Of a DNA stretch of 64,000 bases, positions 28,868-38,016 are shown in pieces (position 1 is the first letter of the stretch; every line of letters starts with the position of its first letter). A program made the position numbers and the translations under genes. The stretch comes from Candidatus Woesearchaeota archaeon. GTDB lineage: Archaea; Nanobdellota; Nanobdellia; Woesearchaeales; WAPJ01. The notes under the pieces are model-generated. The model was not told where the DNA came from. It did not search any database and worked only from the letters and a program-made list of their open reading frames with translations. The stretch is from the NCBI GenBank assembly GCA_047602765.1, contig JBLKOL010000002.1, positions 10,597 to 74,596 of the forward strand, given 5' to 3'.

Positions 28868-29038
28868 TCACGCCTTCGAGATCTTCGCCTCGAGCCGTCC
28901 GATCGCCTTCTCCATCTCGACCGGGAGGTCGATGTTGCTTCGCTCCGCTACGAGCACGAGGAACACAAGTGCATCGGCGAGTTCTGCGCCGAGGTTCTCT
29001 GGATCGTACTTCTCCGGTCGGTGCTCTTTGTTCCTCAA
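28868..29038 (-). pseudogene. MazG-like nucleotide pyrophosphohydrolase C-terminal fragment (remnant).
   Basis: Translates to …EHRPEKYDPENLGAELADALVFLVLVAERSNIDLPVEMEKAIGRLEAKISKA, the helix-3/4 half of a MazG domain. No ATG, and the upstream stop is at 29138. Overlaps the stop of the TIM-barrel gene. Confidence 0.3.
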
Positions 29039-29808
29039 GTGCCGGGCGACCGCTCTGGTCGCATCGAGAAGTAGTAGTCGTGAAGGTCCTCTGCGCTCGT
29101 GGCGAGGTCTTCGAGCGTGCGTACTTCCATGATGATCTTACGCACACGGTTCGGGTCGAGCAGATCGAGCACGTGCCTCCAGTTGAGCGTGCCGTCGCGC
29201 AGCGCGCGGTGATCGTCGCTCGTTCCCGAATTGTTGTGCGCGTGTACGTACACGATGCGATCACGTACGCGGGTGACGAATTCTTCGATCGTGCATCCGA
29301 GCATTCCTCTCCCATACCCGTTGTTCAGGTGGCCGAGGTCGAGCGTGTAGTTCACATCGGGGAATCGTGCGAGAAAGTCAAGGGCCACATCTGCGACGAG
29401 AATGCCGTTCGATTCATAGAGCATCTCGACCGAACGCTCCTGCGCGAAGTCGACAACGCTTCGGAGGCGATTCGCTTCGTCATCGGTGAGCGGATCGTGC
29501 TTGAGATGGAAGACGAGTTCTTTGGCGCCGAGCATCTCACAGAGCACGACCTCTGATTTGAGCGTCTCGAGCTCGGTGACTGTGAACTGTTCGTTCGACG
29601 TGAAGATTTTCGTGGTTCCCGAGTGCATGCTCACGTCGAACCCGTTCAGAGACGGTGCGATCTTCGCGATCCATTCAGGATCGAGATACATCCGTGCAGA
29701 GCGCCTCCCGATCTCGAGTACGCGGTACGGTTGACTTGCTATCTCTCTGTACCATGACTTCTGGTCGAACGTGCTCGTAGTGATCCCTATTTGGGGTACC
29801 ATCTTCAT
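29035..29808 (-). CDS. Sugar phosphate isomerase/epimerase (xylose-isomerase-like TIM-barrel) family protein.
   Basis: LDLGHLNNGYGR…YVHAHNN motifs. Leaderless-type promoter (CCTATATATTCG ~20 nt upstream of ATG 29808). Confidence 0.7.
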   Translation of the reverse strand: MKMVPQIGITTSTFDQKSWYREIASQPYRVLEIGRRSARMYLDPEWIAKIAPSLNGFDVSMHSGTTKIFTSNEQFTVTELETLKSEVVLCEMLGAKELVFHLKHDPLTDDEANRLRSVVDFAQERSVEMLYESNGILVADVALDFLARFPDVNYTLDLGHLNNGYGRGMLGCTIEEFVTRVRDRIVYVHAHNNSGTSDDHRALRDGTLNWRHVLDLLDPNRVRKIIMEVRTLEDLATSAEDLHDYYFSMRPERSPGT

Positions 29809-29823
29809 GCGGATGCACACACG

Positions 29824-29833
29824 AATATATAGG
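29824..29833. promoter_or_regulatory. TATA-like element (AATATATAGG) in a divergent promoter region.
   Basis: Only AT-rich stretch in the 112-bp gap between the divergent TIM-barrel and APH-family genes. Confidence 0.35.
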
Positions 29834-29920
29834 TAAGTATCCGCGCGGACCGGACCATGCCAGCATTCATGAGTTGATGGTATCGAAACCCTTAACCACC
29901 ACTCCCTCCTTCACACGCAC

Positions 29921-30895
29921 ATGGAACTGAGCCGCGAAGCGCTCGATGGGATCTGGTCGTCGTACGGTCGAGGAGCCATCATCTCGTTCGAAAAGGCACG
30001 TATGGGAGTGGCGAACCACAATTGGATGATCACCACGTCCGAAGGCCGGTTCGTGCTGCGGTGCGTGAACACCGACAAATCCGAATGCGATCTCACCGCA
30101 GAGTTCGATTTCATCAGAACGCTCGAACAAGCCGGCTTTCCCTATGAGATGCCCACGCCGCTCACAGCCGGAGACGGCTCGCGCATCATCGAGCACGAGG
30201 GCAGGAGGTGTTGGAGCTATCCGTACCTTCAAGGCTCTACGATCACAAGTCCCGTCACGCGTTCACAGGCACAGCAGATGGGCGTGATGATCGCACAGAT
30301 GCACGCGATCATTGTATCGTCCGATCTCAAAGAGCGCATCGGCAACCCGACGTTCTCGATCGATCATGTGATCGCTCATGCACGAGAACTGCTCGATGAA
30401 CGCGCTGACGAAACACGAACCAGTTACTATGCGAGAACGCTCCCGGTGTTTCTCGACATCATCGAACGTACACCGTATCCGCAGCTCAACACCTACCCGA
30501 TCCACCGCGACATCAATCCGGAGAACGTCCTCTTCGAGGGTGATACGCTCACTGCGGTGATCGATTTCGATAATGTGAGCGTCTGCGACGAGCCGCTCGT
30601 CAAGGATCTTTCGAACGCGCTTCTCTACTCGTGCACACACGATCGCCGCGCATTCGATTTCGAGCGGTGTGCGGACATCGTGCGATCCTATCGTTCGATC
30701 CGGAATCTCTCACGAGCCGAGATCCAAGCCGTTCCGGATCTCATCGTCCTCGGCTGCTTGGAGGACTTCGCCTACGAGTACTGGCTCGCCATCCACGAAC
30801 CCGAGCGTACGGCTCCTCACAAGCTCGAGAAGCGTTTCGCGATGGGCCGCTGGGTGTTCGAACACCGTGATGAGCTCATCCGTGCGATCATGTGA
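29921..30895 (+). CDS. Phosphotransferase (APH/choline-kinase-like) family protein.
   Basis: Catalytic IHRDINPENVLF and VIDFDNVSVCDEPLVKDLSNAL motifs. Confidence 0.8.
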   Translation: MELSREALDGIWSSYGRGAIISFEKARMGVANHNWMITTSEGRFVLRCVNTDKSECDLTAEFDFIRTLEQAGFPYEMPTPLTAGDGSRIIEHEGRRCWSYPYLQGSTITSPVTRSQAQQMGVMIAQMHAIIVSSDLKERIGNPTFSIDHVIAHARELLDERADETRTSYYARTLPVFLDIIERTPYPQLNTYPIHRDINPENVLFEGDTLTAVIDFDNVSVCDEPLVKDLSNALLYSCTHDRRAFDFERCADIVRSYRSIRNLSRAEIQAVPDLIVLGCLEDFAYEYWLAIHEPERTAPHKLEKRFAMGRWVFEHRDELIRAIM

Positions 30896-30916
30896 AACCG
30901 TACGGCACATCGATTA

Positions 30917-31393
30917 CTATGGTCGTCGTAGGTAGAGGTGTTGTCCGGGGATGCTGTTGCAGATATCGATCGCTTCGAATCCGAATCGTTCGTACGCTCC
31001 GATACCGTCCGGTGTGGGGCTTGCGAGCAGGTGTGCGTCTGAGAGCGATTCGATGAGCGAGCGCAGATGTCCTCGTTTGCGGTCGAAGGATTCGACGAGT
31101 TAGAGGTGGAGGAACGGTTCGCCTCCAGTGATGTCTGCGAGCGTTCCGGTATAGTCGTCACCGTTCGCATCGACGAGCCATAGTCCGAGCACGGAGCCTC
31201 GTTGTACGAGGTCAGATGCGGTGTATGCTGAGATGATGGCGATTGAGCGCGGGCGGTGGAGCGGTCCGCTGATCGCTGCGAACCTGCTCGGAGACGGATC
31301 GTCCACCTCACGTACGAGGTCCGTCGGCGTTCTGCGCTTCGCGTAGTCCGTGACCTTCGCGTAGTCCGGGCTCGTCGAGTCGATGAAGCGCAT
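30917..31393 (-). pseudogene. GNAT-family acetyltransferase interrupted by an in-frame TAA (at 31100-31102).
   Basis: …TGGEPFLHL-TAA-LVESFDRKRGHLRSL…GIGAYERFGFEAIDI… is continuous in one frame (verified codon by codon). GNAT motif A/B-like segments lie on either side of the stop. Confidence 0.55.
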
Positions 31394-31549
31394 GCACTGT
31401 GGTGCGATGAGCGATTCAAAAACGAGAGGGATGAAGAAAGGAGAGGGCCGACCGAAGTCGGCGCCCCACACGCTGGCTCCCATACGAACAGTTGGGGGTG
31501 GTTGGAATGAGAGCCAAGAAAAACCGTTTGGAGAGGGGGATACGGATCC

Positions 31550-32620
31550 TCAGTTGAGGATCTCGATGCCGAGCTCGTCGCTCAACTCCTGGCGCCGGGA
31601 TTCGACGCGCTCGCGCACGTCTTCCTTGCCCAGGATCCACGGGCTCTTGACACCGGTGATGATCGTCATCACGGTGACCTTGCCTTTCATGTCGTCGGTG
31701 ATGCGTGCGCCCCAGATGACGTTCGCATCTTCGTCGAGCTGTTCGGTGACGAGGTCTCCGACCTTGCTCACTTCTTCGAGCGTGAGGTCGTTTCCTCCGT
31801 GCACGTGGATGAGCGCTCCGGTGGCTCCCGCGTAGTCGACGTCGAGGAGCGGATTCGAGAGCGCTCCGTGGACGGATTCTTGGACGCGGTTGGCGGTGTC
31901 CGAGCTTCCGACGCCGATGATGGCGACGCCTCCGTTCGTCATGATCGCCTTCACATCAGCGAAGTCGAGGTTGACGAGGCTGGGCACCGCGATCGTTTCG
32001 ACGATTCCTTTGATCATCGTGGCGATGAGCTCGTTGGCGACGGCGAACGCCTGTTCGATCGGCAGGTTGCCGGCGATCTGTACGAGGCGGTTGTTGTCGA
32101 TGACGATGACCGTGTCGGATACCTGGCGCAGCTGTTGGAGTCCGAATTCGGCTTTGTCGACGCGTGCGCGTTCGATCTTGAACGGCATCGTGACGGTTCC
32201 GATGACGATGGCTCCCATCTCTTTGGCGACTTTGGCGACGATCGGAGCCGATCCGGTTCCGGTTCCGCCACCCATGCCTGCACATGCGAAGACCATGTCG
32301 GCGCCTTTGAGCGATTCGCGGATCTCGGTGAGCGCTTCTTTGGCAGCTTCTGCTCCCTTCTCGGGGAAGCCTCCTGCTCCGAGTCCTCGTGTGACGTCGC
32401 GGCCGATGAGGAACTTCTTGTCCGCTTCGGTGATGTTGAGGTGCTGCTGGTCGGTGTTTGCCGCGATGATCTCTGCACCGCGGATGCCCTTTTTGAAGAG
32501 CCAGGAAACCATGTTGTTTCCTGCACCGCCGCAACCGATGACCTTGATGTTGGCCTGTCCGACGTCGAGTTGTTCTGTGTCTTGGCTCGTTTGAGCTGCC
32601 TTTTGTACGATGAAGTCCAT
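31550..32620 (-). CDS. ftsZ: Cell division GTPase FtsZ.
   Basis: GCGGAGNNM tubulin signature, GGGTGTG T7 loop region. GGGGGA Shine-Dalgarno sequence 9 nt upstream of ATG 32620. Confidence 0.9.
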   Translation of the reverse strand: MDFIVQKAAQTSQDTEQLDVGQANIKVIGCGGAGNNMVSWLFKKGIRGAEIIAANTDQQHLNITEADKKFLIGRDVTRGLGAGGFPEKGAEAAKEALTEIRESLKGADMVFACAGMGGGTGTGSAPIVAKVAKEMGAIVIGTVTMPFKIERARVDKAEFGLQQLRQVSDTVIVIDNNRLVQIAGNLPIEQAFAVANELIATMIKGIVETIAVPSLVNLDFADVKAIMTNGGVAIIGVGSSDTANRVQESVHGALSNPLLDVDYAGATGALIHVHGGNDLTLEEVSKVGDLVTEQLDEDANVIWGARITDDMKGKVTVMTIITGVKSPWILGKEDVRERVESRRQELSDELGIEILN

Positions 32621-33039
32621 TTGTGGTATCCCCCTTGGGTCTTGTTTTCTCTTGCGAGCGTTCGGAGCCAGGCTCCGCTGGTCTACCACGAGAATCTAAC
32701 CGATAACCCTTTTCGACGTGCGATTCATCTCGCCCGTCGCCCCTTTTCCCTTTGGAACGATTCCATGAACGGACAATATATAAAAATATCGCTCTTGGAA
32801 CGATGAAACCGGCGTGGTGTTTACGTTGCCTGCGCATCGCTCATGATTTGTGCGCGTCGATCCTTTAGCACCGTGAAATGAACTCACGATCGGATCCGAA
32901 TAAGGTCTTCAGCGCAATCCAGCGAAGATCGCAAATCCACGCGTCCTCGAGTTCAACACCCAATACAAACACCACAAAACACTCACATTACCACTTTTAA
33001 GTAGCTAAAATAAGTAAGATTTAAGTATGTACACTCCAC

Positions 33040-33237
33040 ATGTTCGAAATCATGTCAGAACTATCAGATAAAATACTCGGGTGGACGATGAGCGCCGTAG
33101 GTGCCGGAGGACTGATTTCGGCGATCGGACTCGTCGCACACAACCCCGAGAACATGCTCGGATACACCGGCGCGATCGCCGGAGCGGGCTGTTTGGGATA
33201 CGGTATCGACTATCTCAAGAAGGCATATTCGAAGTGA
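33040..33237 (+). CDS. Small Gly-zipper membrane protein (65 aa).
   Basis: GxxxG-rich hydrophobic ORF in the AT-richer island. Confidence 0.45.
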   Translation: MFEIMSELSDKILGWTMSAVGAGGLISAIGLVAHNPENMLGYTGAIAGAGCLGYGIDYLKKAYSK

Positions 33238-33369
33238 GGCCGAACGATCAAACCGAGAGATGAACGAGCGTTTAGGCCACACAAGAGAGCGTAATCGAAC
33301 ACAGCGAACAGTTCATCACGGCCAACCCCGAAGACCGAGCATTTAAGTCGAGCATTACCCCCCAACGGT

Positions 33370-33696
33370 ATGACACAGAACGATTCTTTGAACGAAGTCC
33401 AACCGATCGACGGATACGTGCAAGACCTCTTGCGGACCGCTCAAGCGACGTACGGGCTCGACATAGACCTTGACCGTCCGACTCGAGGTCAGCGGCTCGA
33501 AGCCGCACTTGCGATGCAGGATGAAGCACATGGGTTCTATTCGATGGAACTCATGGTTGGAAGACGCGTGGATTCAAGCGAACCGCTCGCAGGAACGTTC
33601 GCCATGCTCAAGATGCTCGACTCAACCTCCGACGTACGAGGGTTCTATAGTGGTTTTGCGCACCACTATTGGCCCAACGATGATCGAGCGCGCTGA
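33370..33696 (+). CDS. Hypothetical protein (108 aa).
   Basis: Clean ORF. No family recognised. Confidence 0.4.
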   Translation: MTQNDSLNEVQPIDGYVQDLLRTAQATYGLDIDLDRPTRGQRLEAALAMQDEAHGFYSMELMVGRRVDSSEPLAGTFAMLKMLDSTSDVRGFYSGFAHHYWPNDDRAR

Positions 33697-33735
33697 ATCG
33701 TCGAGACCAACCACCTATTAATAGATGTAGAGCTC

Positions 33736-33850
33736 TCACGCACCATGACCCTCACTCTCATAGGCCTCGGACTCGATCCGAACGATCTCCCGATACGCGC
33801 ACACGATGGCATCGCAGCGTCGGAGGTCGTGCTCGTCGAGACGTACGCCT
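33736..33850 (+). repeat. Direct repeat copy 1 (dphB 5' end and ~10 bp upstream).
   Basis: Aligned by eye to 34863..34980. Confidence 0.6.
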
Positions 33851-33942
33851 CGCGGCCGACCGGAAAAAGTGCGAAGGCACCGCTTCCGACATATCAAGCC
33901 CATACCAACGACCACACCCAACGTAACACCACTAAACAATAG
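33745..33942 (+). pseudogene. Truncated duplicate of the diphthine synthase 5' end (first ~34 codons), then unrelated sequence.
   Basis: MTLTLIGLGLDPNDLPIRAHDGIAASEVVLVETY matches MTLTLIGLGLDPNDLSIRARDAIAASDVVLLETY of the intact gene at 34875. The nucleotide repeat is ~85% identical over ~115 bp. Confidence 0.5.
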
Positions 33943-33989
33943 TAACAAATCACAACATTTATCTATGTGAAGAACAAGGTACATGTGAG

Positions 33990-34724
33990 GTGCTACCAAT
34001 GTCATCACAGGAATCTTTGGAAAGAAACGAGCTTGAAGATGCGATCCGCACGGCGCTCATCAACAGGACAGCACACGAGTACAGCCGCACAATGAGTAAC
34101 CCAGATCTCCAGAACGGATTCGAAGAACACCTCTACAAGGCAGCGGCAGCAAGAACAGGTTCTGAAGGACTCAGATTCGGCCCCGGTAAAGACGTAGGGG
34201 ATCCTGTGATCGCACAGGTGAGCGCACGGGTACGCGAGATGTTTGCTCCCATCCGAATCAGAACGGGCGCTCTTGAGACTGCCATGAACCAGTACAGGAA
34301 CCCCGAGGAAGCGAGAGCAGAGTTCGAAAACACCTTCGCCACCCCAGAAATGGCAGGACTCGGGGAAGCGATGGAACCGCTCCTCGGATACCTTTCCCGT
34401 ACAGCGCAGGTCGTGTCAGAACTCGGAGAAATCGCCGAACGCGAGGGACTCGATACAGCCCTGGCAAGGGAGACAGAGTATCGAGTACTGCGATCGATGT
34501 TCCCTACTGCACAGGCATACGTTGCCCACGCTCTGCAACCAGTTCAAGCAGCCACGGACTATCTTGCGGCGTTCGAGGAGTTCGTAACCCTCACCGCCCC
34601 GTCGGAAGCAGACAGGGAAGAAGTCGTAGAAAGCATCTCAGTTCAACGAGTTCTCATGGAATGGGCACAGCCATACATTGAACGTATGCTTGAAGAGAAG
34701 GCGTCCGCGATCTACAACGCATGA
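33990..34724 (+). CDS. Hypothetical 244-aa protein encoded between the direct repeats (A-ending codon bias, lower GC).
   Basis: Clean ORF. AT-rich upstream region. Codon usage (aga/aca/gga) differs from the flanking genes. Confidence 0.55.
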   Translation: MLPMSSQESLERNELEDAIRTALINRTAHEYSRTMSNPDLQNGFEEHLYKAAAARTGSEGLRFGPGKDVGDPVIAQVSARVREMFAPIRIRTGALETAMNQYRNPEEARAEFENTFATPEMAGLGEAMEPLLGYLSRTAQVVSELGEIAEREGLDTALARETEYRVLRSMFPTAQAYVAHALQPVQAATDYLAAFEEFVTLTAPSEADREEVVESISVQRVLMEWAQPYIERMLEEKASAIYNA

Positions 34725-34862
34725 ACCACGAAGCACCCATCATGACTTTCACGGAAAGCAGAAAACCGTTTCGTTTCCTCAAGTCATGCGAACCACACCC
34801 CGCTCAAATTCGATACGAGAACCTCGCCGAAGCGCGCCAGCAGAATCTAAAACCCCACCCAC

Positions 34863-34980
34863 TCACCGCACTTCATGACCCTCACCCTTATCGGACTCGG
34901 ACTCGATCCGAACGATCTCTCGATCCGTGCTCGTGATGCCATCGCAGCGTCGGACGTCGTGCTCCTCGAGACGTACACGT
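34863..34980 (+). repeat. Direct repeat copy 2 (native dphB 5' end).
   Basis: See copy 1. Confidence 0.6.
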
Positions 34981-35717
34981 CATACGCTGCGATATCGATG
35001 GAGGAGCTCGTATCCATCGTCGATACCGAGATCACGCCGCTCACGCGCCAGATGGTCGAACACAATGATATCGTCCTCGAAAGGGCTCGCACGCAGCGCA
35101 CAGCGCTCCTCGTCTTCGGCGACCCGCTCGCCGCGACGACTCACCTCGAGCTCGTGTTGCGCGCGCGTGCTGAGGGGATCGGGACGAATATTATCCATGC
35201 GCCGTCGATCTTCTCGGCCATCGGTGAATCAGGTCTTGAGCTCTACCGCTTCGGTCTCACCGCGTCGCTCGTCTATCCGCGTCGCAACTGGCTTCCTGAG
35301 CGAGCGCGGGATGTCATCGCGCTCAACCGTTCGATCAAGGCGCACTCGCTCGTACTCCTCGACATCATCACCGGCGATGAGGAGCTCGCGCTCCTCGACC
35401 GCGACCACGAGGCGTTCGCAGGGCTCGATCGTTCGCGAATCGAACACGAAGCCGTGAGCCTTGCAGGGGAGCCTCAGTTGCTCATGAGTCCGAACGAGGC
35501 GATCGCGCTCCTCGTATTCCAGAAGGTCGTCGAACCTTCTGACCCTCTTATCGTCTGCTCGCGTCTCGGAACCGGCTCCGGAATTGTCTCTCGGGGATCG
35601 GTAGGTGAGCTTCTGGCTCGCTCGTTCGGCCTCGGTCCGCATGCGATCGTGATTCCTGGCGAGCTGCACTTCCTCGAATCCGAGCCTTCGTCTGCGAACG
35701 GGAGCGAATCCTCTTAA
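34875..35717 (+). CDS. dphB: Diphthine synthase (tetrapyrrole-methylase fold).
   Basis: N-terminal MTLTLIGLGLDPNDLSIRARDAIAASDVVLLETYTS. Length and motifs typical of archaeal Dph5. Confidence 0.85.
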   Translation: MTLTLIGLGLDPNDLSIRARDAIAASDVVLLETYTSYAAISMEELVSIVDTEITPLTRQMVEHNDIVLERARTQRTALLVFGDPLAATTHLELVLRARAEGIGTNIIHAPSIFSAIGESGLELYRFGLTASLVYPRRNWLPERARDVIALNRSIKAHSLVLLDIITGDEELALLDRDHEAFAGLDRSRIEHEAVSLAGEPQLLMSPNEAIALLVFQKVVEPSDPLIVCSRLGTGSGIVSRGSVGELLARSFGLGPHAIVIPGELHFLESEPSSANGSESS

Positions 35718-35799
35718 ACGACAGGTCCACCCGAATCGTGGCCCGGCACGAGAGTACCGTGGGGAGCGTACGGCATCGTCCAAGCGATGAACCTCGGGG

Positions 35800-36474
35800 T
35801 TAGTGTCCCGGGCCACATCCAATATCTGCGTCTGAGAGTTTGCAGCGCTTCGGTGCCAGGTCCGATAATCGGTCGTAGAGGTTATGGTGGTCCCCGTAGA
35901 CGCGGTCGAGTCCTGCCACGTGTACGACATGTACGCCAGGGTTCTCGTGGATCACTGCTCGCAGGATCCGTTCTGCGTGTTCGTCTCGTTCTCTGTAGAA
36001 GGTTACGAGTTCGGGGCTGTCTGCGACAGGGTAGGATTCTTGAGCGTATTCTTGTGCGATCTGAGCACGTGCTTTTTCTAATGGGAGACTGAGGAACTGT
36101 TCGAGTTCTGGGTTGAGTAGATACGGGTTGGGGGTGCCCTGTGTGATCCATCGGTCCGTGGAGTCCTCGTCGTCTGCGAAGATGATCGGTACCTCCCAGG
36201 TGTTCCGATACGCTTCGATAGCTTCAGGTACTGCGTGCAGGTTCTCGAACCACCTCATGAACGTGTCATGGTTGAGACTCGGATTGTGCTGTGCGATGCA
36301 GTCCCATTCTTCTCTGACGAGCGTTACGAGTGCTCCGTGGATTGGCCGATCGTATTCGTATCGAGTCTCGACATCTTCAACGCTGATGATGTCCGGTTTG
36401 AGCCGGTTCAGGAGCGTTCGCAGTCTCGTGTGAGCATCGACGTCGAAATGGGACTCCCCTACGAAAGATAACAT
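35800..36474 (-). CDS. TraB/GumN-family protein.
   Basis: GESHFD…KPDIISVE N-terminal pattern and C-terminal VHVVHVAGLDRV, as in the TraB/PrgY family. ATG 36474 chosen; the track start is further upstream. Confidence 0.55.
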   Translation of the reverse strand: MLSFVGESHFDVDAHTRLRTLLNRLKPDIISVEDVETRYEYDRPIHGALVTLVREEWDCIAQHNPSLNHDTFMRWFENLHAVPEAIEAYRNTWEVPIIFADDEDSTDRWITQGTPNPYLLNPELEQFLSLPLEKARAQIAQEYAQESYPVADSPELVTFYRERDEHAERILRAVIHENPGVHVVHVAGLDRVYGDHHNLYDRLSDLAPKRCKLSDADIGCGPGH

Positions 36475-36786
36475 GATACTACTACAAAGTAGCCATTTAT
36501 CTGCCTTTCGTTCGTGTCGCGACGCCATACGACGAAACCCTTCGTCGAGCACCCGTCGGAGCCGACTGAACTCGGCTTAACAATCTTTTTAAGGCACTAG
36601 CGTATAGCCGTACTACGAACGAAAGGGAGTGGTGCAAGCGCTGCCTTGATGACATTCAACCAATCACAACCGCGATGAGCGGCTTTCAGCAACCCATTCA
36701 TCACTCACCAGTCACTGGCGGTCACCCGCCCGTGTCGTCTGTGGCGATCACGTTCTGAGAGCCCTCACGAGAAGGAGGGACCCCAA

Positions 36787-38016
36787 ATGGGCAAAATCAG
36801 TCCAGTATCAGCAAAATACATTATCCACGCACACATCGCCATCGAAGGCGTCGTCGACCGTCCTGATGTCATCGGAGCCGTATTCGGCCAGACCGAGGGA
36901 CTTATCGGTTCTGAACTCGAATTGCGCGAACTCCAACGATCAGGTCGTATCGGTCGCATCGAGGTCATCCTCGATACGAAGAACGGCAAGACGCAAGGGT
37001 CGATCACGATTCCCTCGAGCCTCGACAAGGCTGAGACGTCGATCATCGGAGCGTCGCTCGAGATCATCGAACGTATCGGCCCGTGCAACGCGTCGGTCCA
37101 GGTCAAGAAGATCGAGGACGTGCGCATCAGCAAGCGCGGAGCCGTCATCAACCGTGCCAAGGAACTCTTGCGCGACATGATGGAGAAGACGATGCCCGAC
37201 AGCCAGGAGATCGCTGACGAAGTCACCTCGGCGGTGCGCGTTATGGAGATCACCTCGTACGGCAAGGAGCGCATCCCGGCAGGTCCTGCGATCGACGAGT
37301 CCGATGAGATCATCATCGTCGAAGGACGCGCTGACGTGCTCAACCTGCTCAAGTACGGGTTCAAGAACGCGATCGCGATGAACGGTACCTCGGTGCCTCA
37401 GACGGTCAAGGACCTTGCGGCGAAGAAGACGGCTACGGTGTTCCTCGACGGAGACCGCGGAGGAGACCTCATCCTCAAAGAGCTCCTCGCAACGACCGAA
37501 CTCGACTTCGTATCACGCGCACCCGACGGAAAGGAGGTTGAGGAGCTCACCAAAAAGGAGATCCACAAGGCCCTGCGCGGTAAGATCGCCGTCGAACAGG
37601 CCAAGCTCGAGTCGGAGACGCCTCGGCCTTCGAACACCCAGAAGCGCTCGCGCAAGGAACGCCCTGAGCGCAAGCGCGAGGAACGCGAAGAGGCTCCTGC
37701 AGTTGAGGAGCTCTCTGCGGAGAACCGTGAACGTCTGCGCATCCTCGTCGAGGATCTGATCGGTACGAAGGCCGTGTTCTTCGTCAACGACAAGCTCGAC
37801 GTCCTCGGTAAGGTTCCGCTCTCAGAACTCGAATCGACACTTGCGGATCTTCCCGGAACCTACGCGATCGTCGTCGACAACACGATCGATAAGGATCTGT
37901 GCAAGACGGCTAAGAAGGCGAACGTGCGTATCGTTGCAGGAGCGGACAAGAAGACGACGAACAAGGATGAGGAAGGACTGCTCGTCTTCAGCGCCGCTGA
38001 GCTTACGGAGGCATGA
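36787..38016 (+). CDS. dnaG: Archaeal DnaG-type primase (TOPRIM domain).
   Basis: Conserved N-terminal MGKISPVSAKYIIHAHIAIEGVVDRPDVIGAVFGQTEGL and TOPRIM IIIVEGRADVLNL…DGDRGGDLI. GAAGGAGGG Shine-Dalgarno sequence upstream. Confidence 0.9.
   Translation: MGKISPVSAKYIIHAHIAIEGVVDRPDVIGAVFGQTEGLIGSELELRELQRSGRIGRIEVILDTKNGKTQGSITIPSSLDKAETSIIGASLEIIERIGPCNASVQVKKIEDVRISKRGAVINRAKELLRDMMEKTMPDSQEIADEVTSAVRVMEITSYGKERIPAGPAIDESDEIIIVEGRADVLNLLKYGFKNAIAMNGTSVPQTVKDLAAKKTATVFLDGDRGGDLILKELLATTELDFVSRAPDGKEVEELTKKEIHKALRGKIAVEQAKLESETPRPSNTQKRSRKERPERKREEREEAPAVEELSAENRERLRILVEDLIGTKAVFFVNDKLDVLGKVPLSELESTLADLPGTYAIVVDNTIDKDLCKTAKKANVRIVAGADKKTTNKDEEGLLVFSAAELTEA

Noticed and set aside
28848-29556. 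Minus 155-aa R-rich ORF and plus 195-aa ORF overlapping the TIM-barrel gene.
   Set aside because: Composition is antisense-like. The TIM-barrel frame carries family motifs.
30817-31835. ORFs 30817..31419 (minus, R/S/T-rich) and 31383..31835 (plus).
   Set aside because: These are an alternative frame and an antisense frame of the GNAT and ftsZ genes respectively.
31799-32837. Plus 335-aa and 234-aa ORFs and the minus 293-aa ORF across ftsZ.
   Set aside because: Antisense or alternative frames of a strongly supported ftsZ. The R/D/H-rich sequences are typical antisense composition.
32690-33040. Replication origin next to ftsZ (AT-rich, atatataaaaatat).
   Set aside because: No ORB-like repeated elements could be recognised by eye. 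Kept only as a note under the orc1 finding.
35229-35930. Minus 233-aa ORF overlapping dphB.
   Set aside because: Antisense to the motif-supported diphthine synthase.
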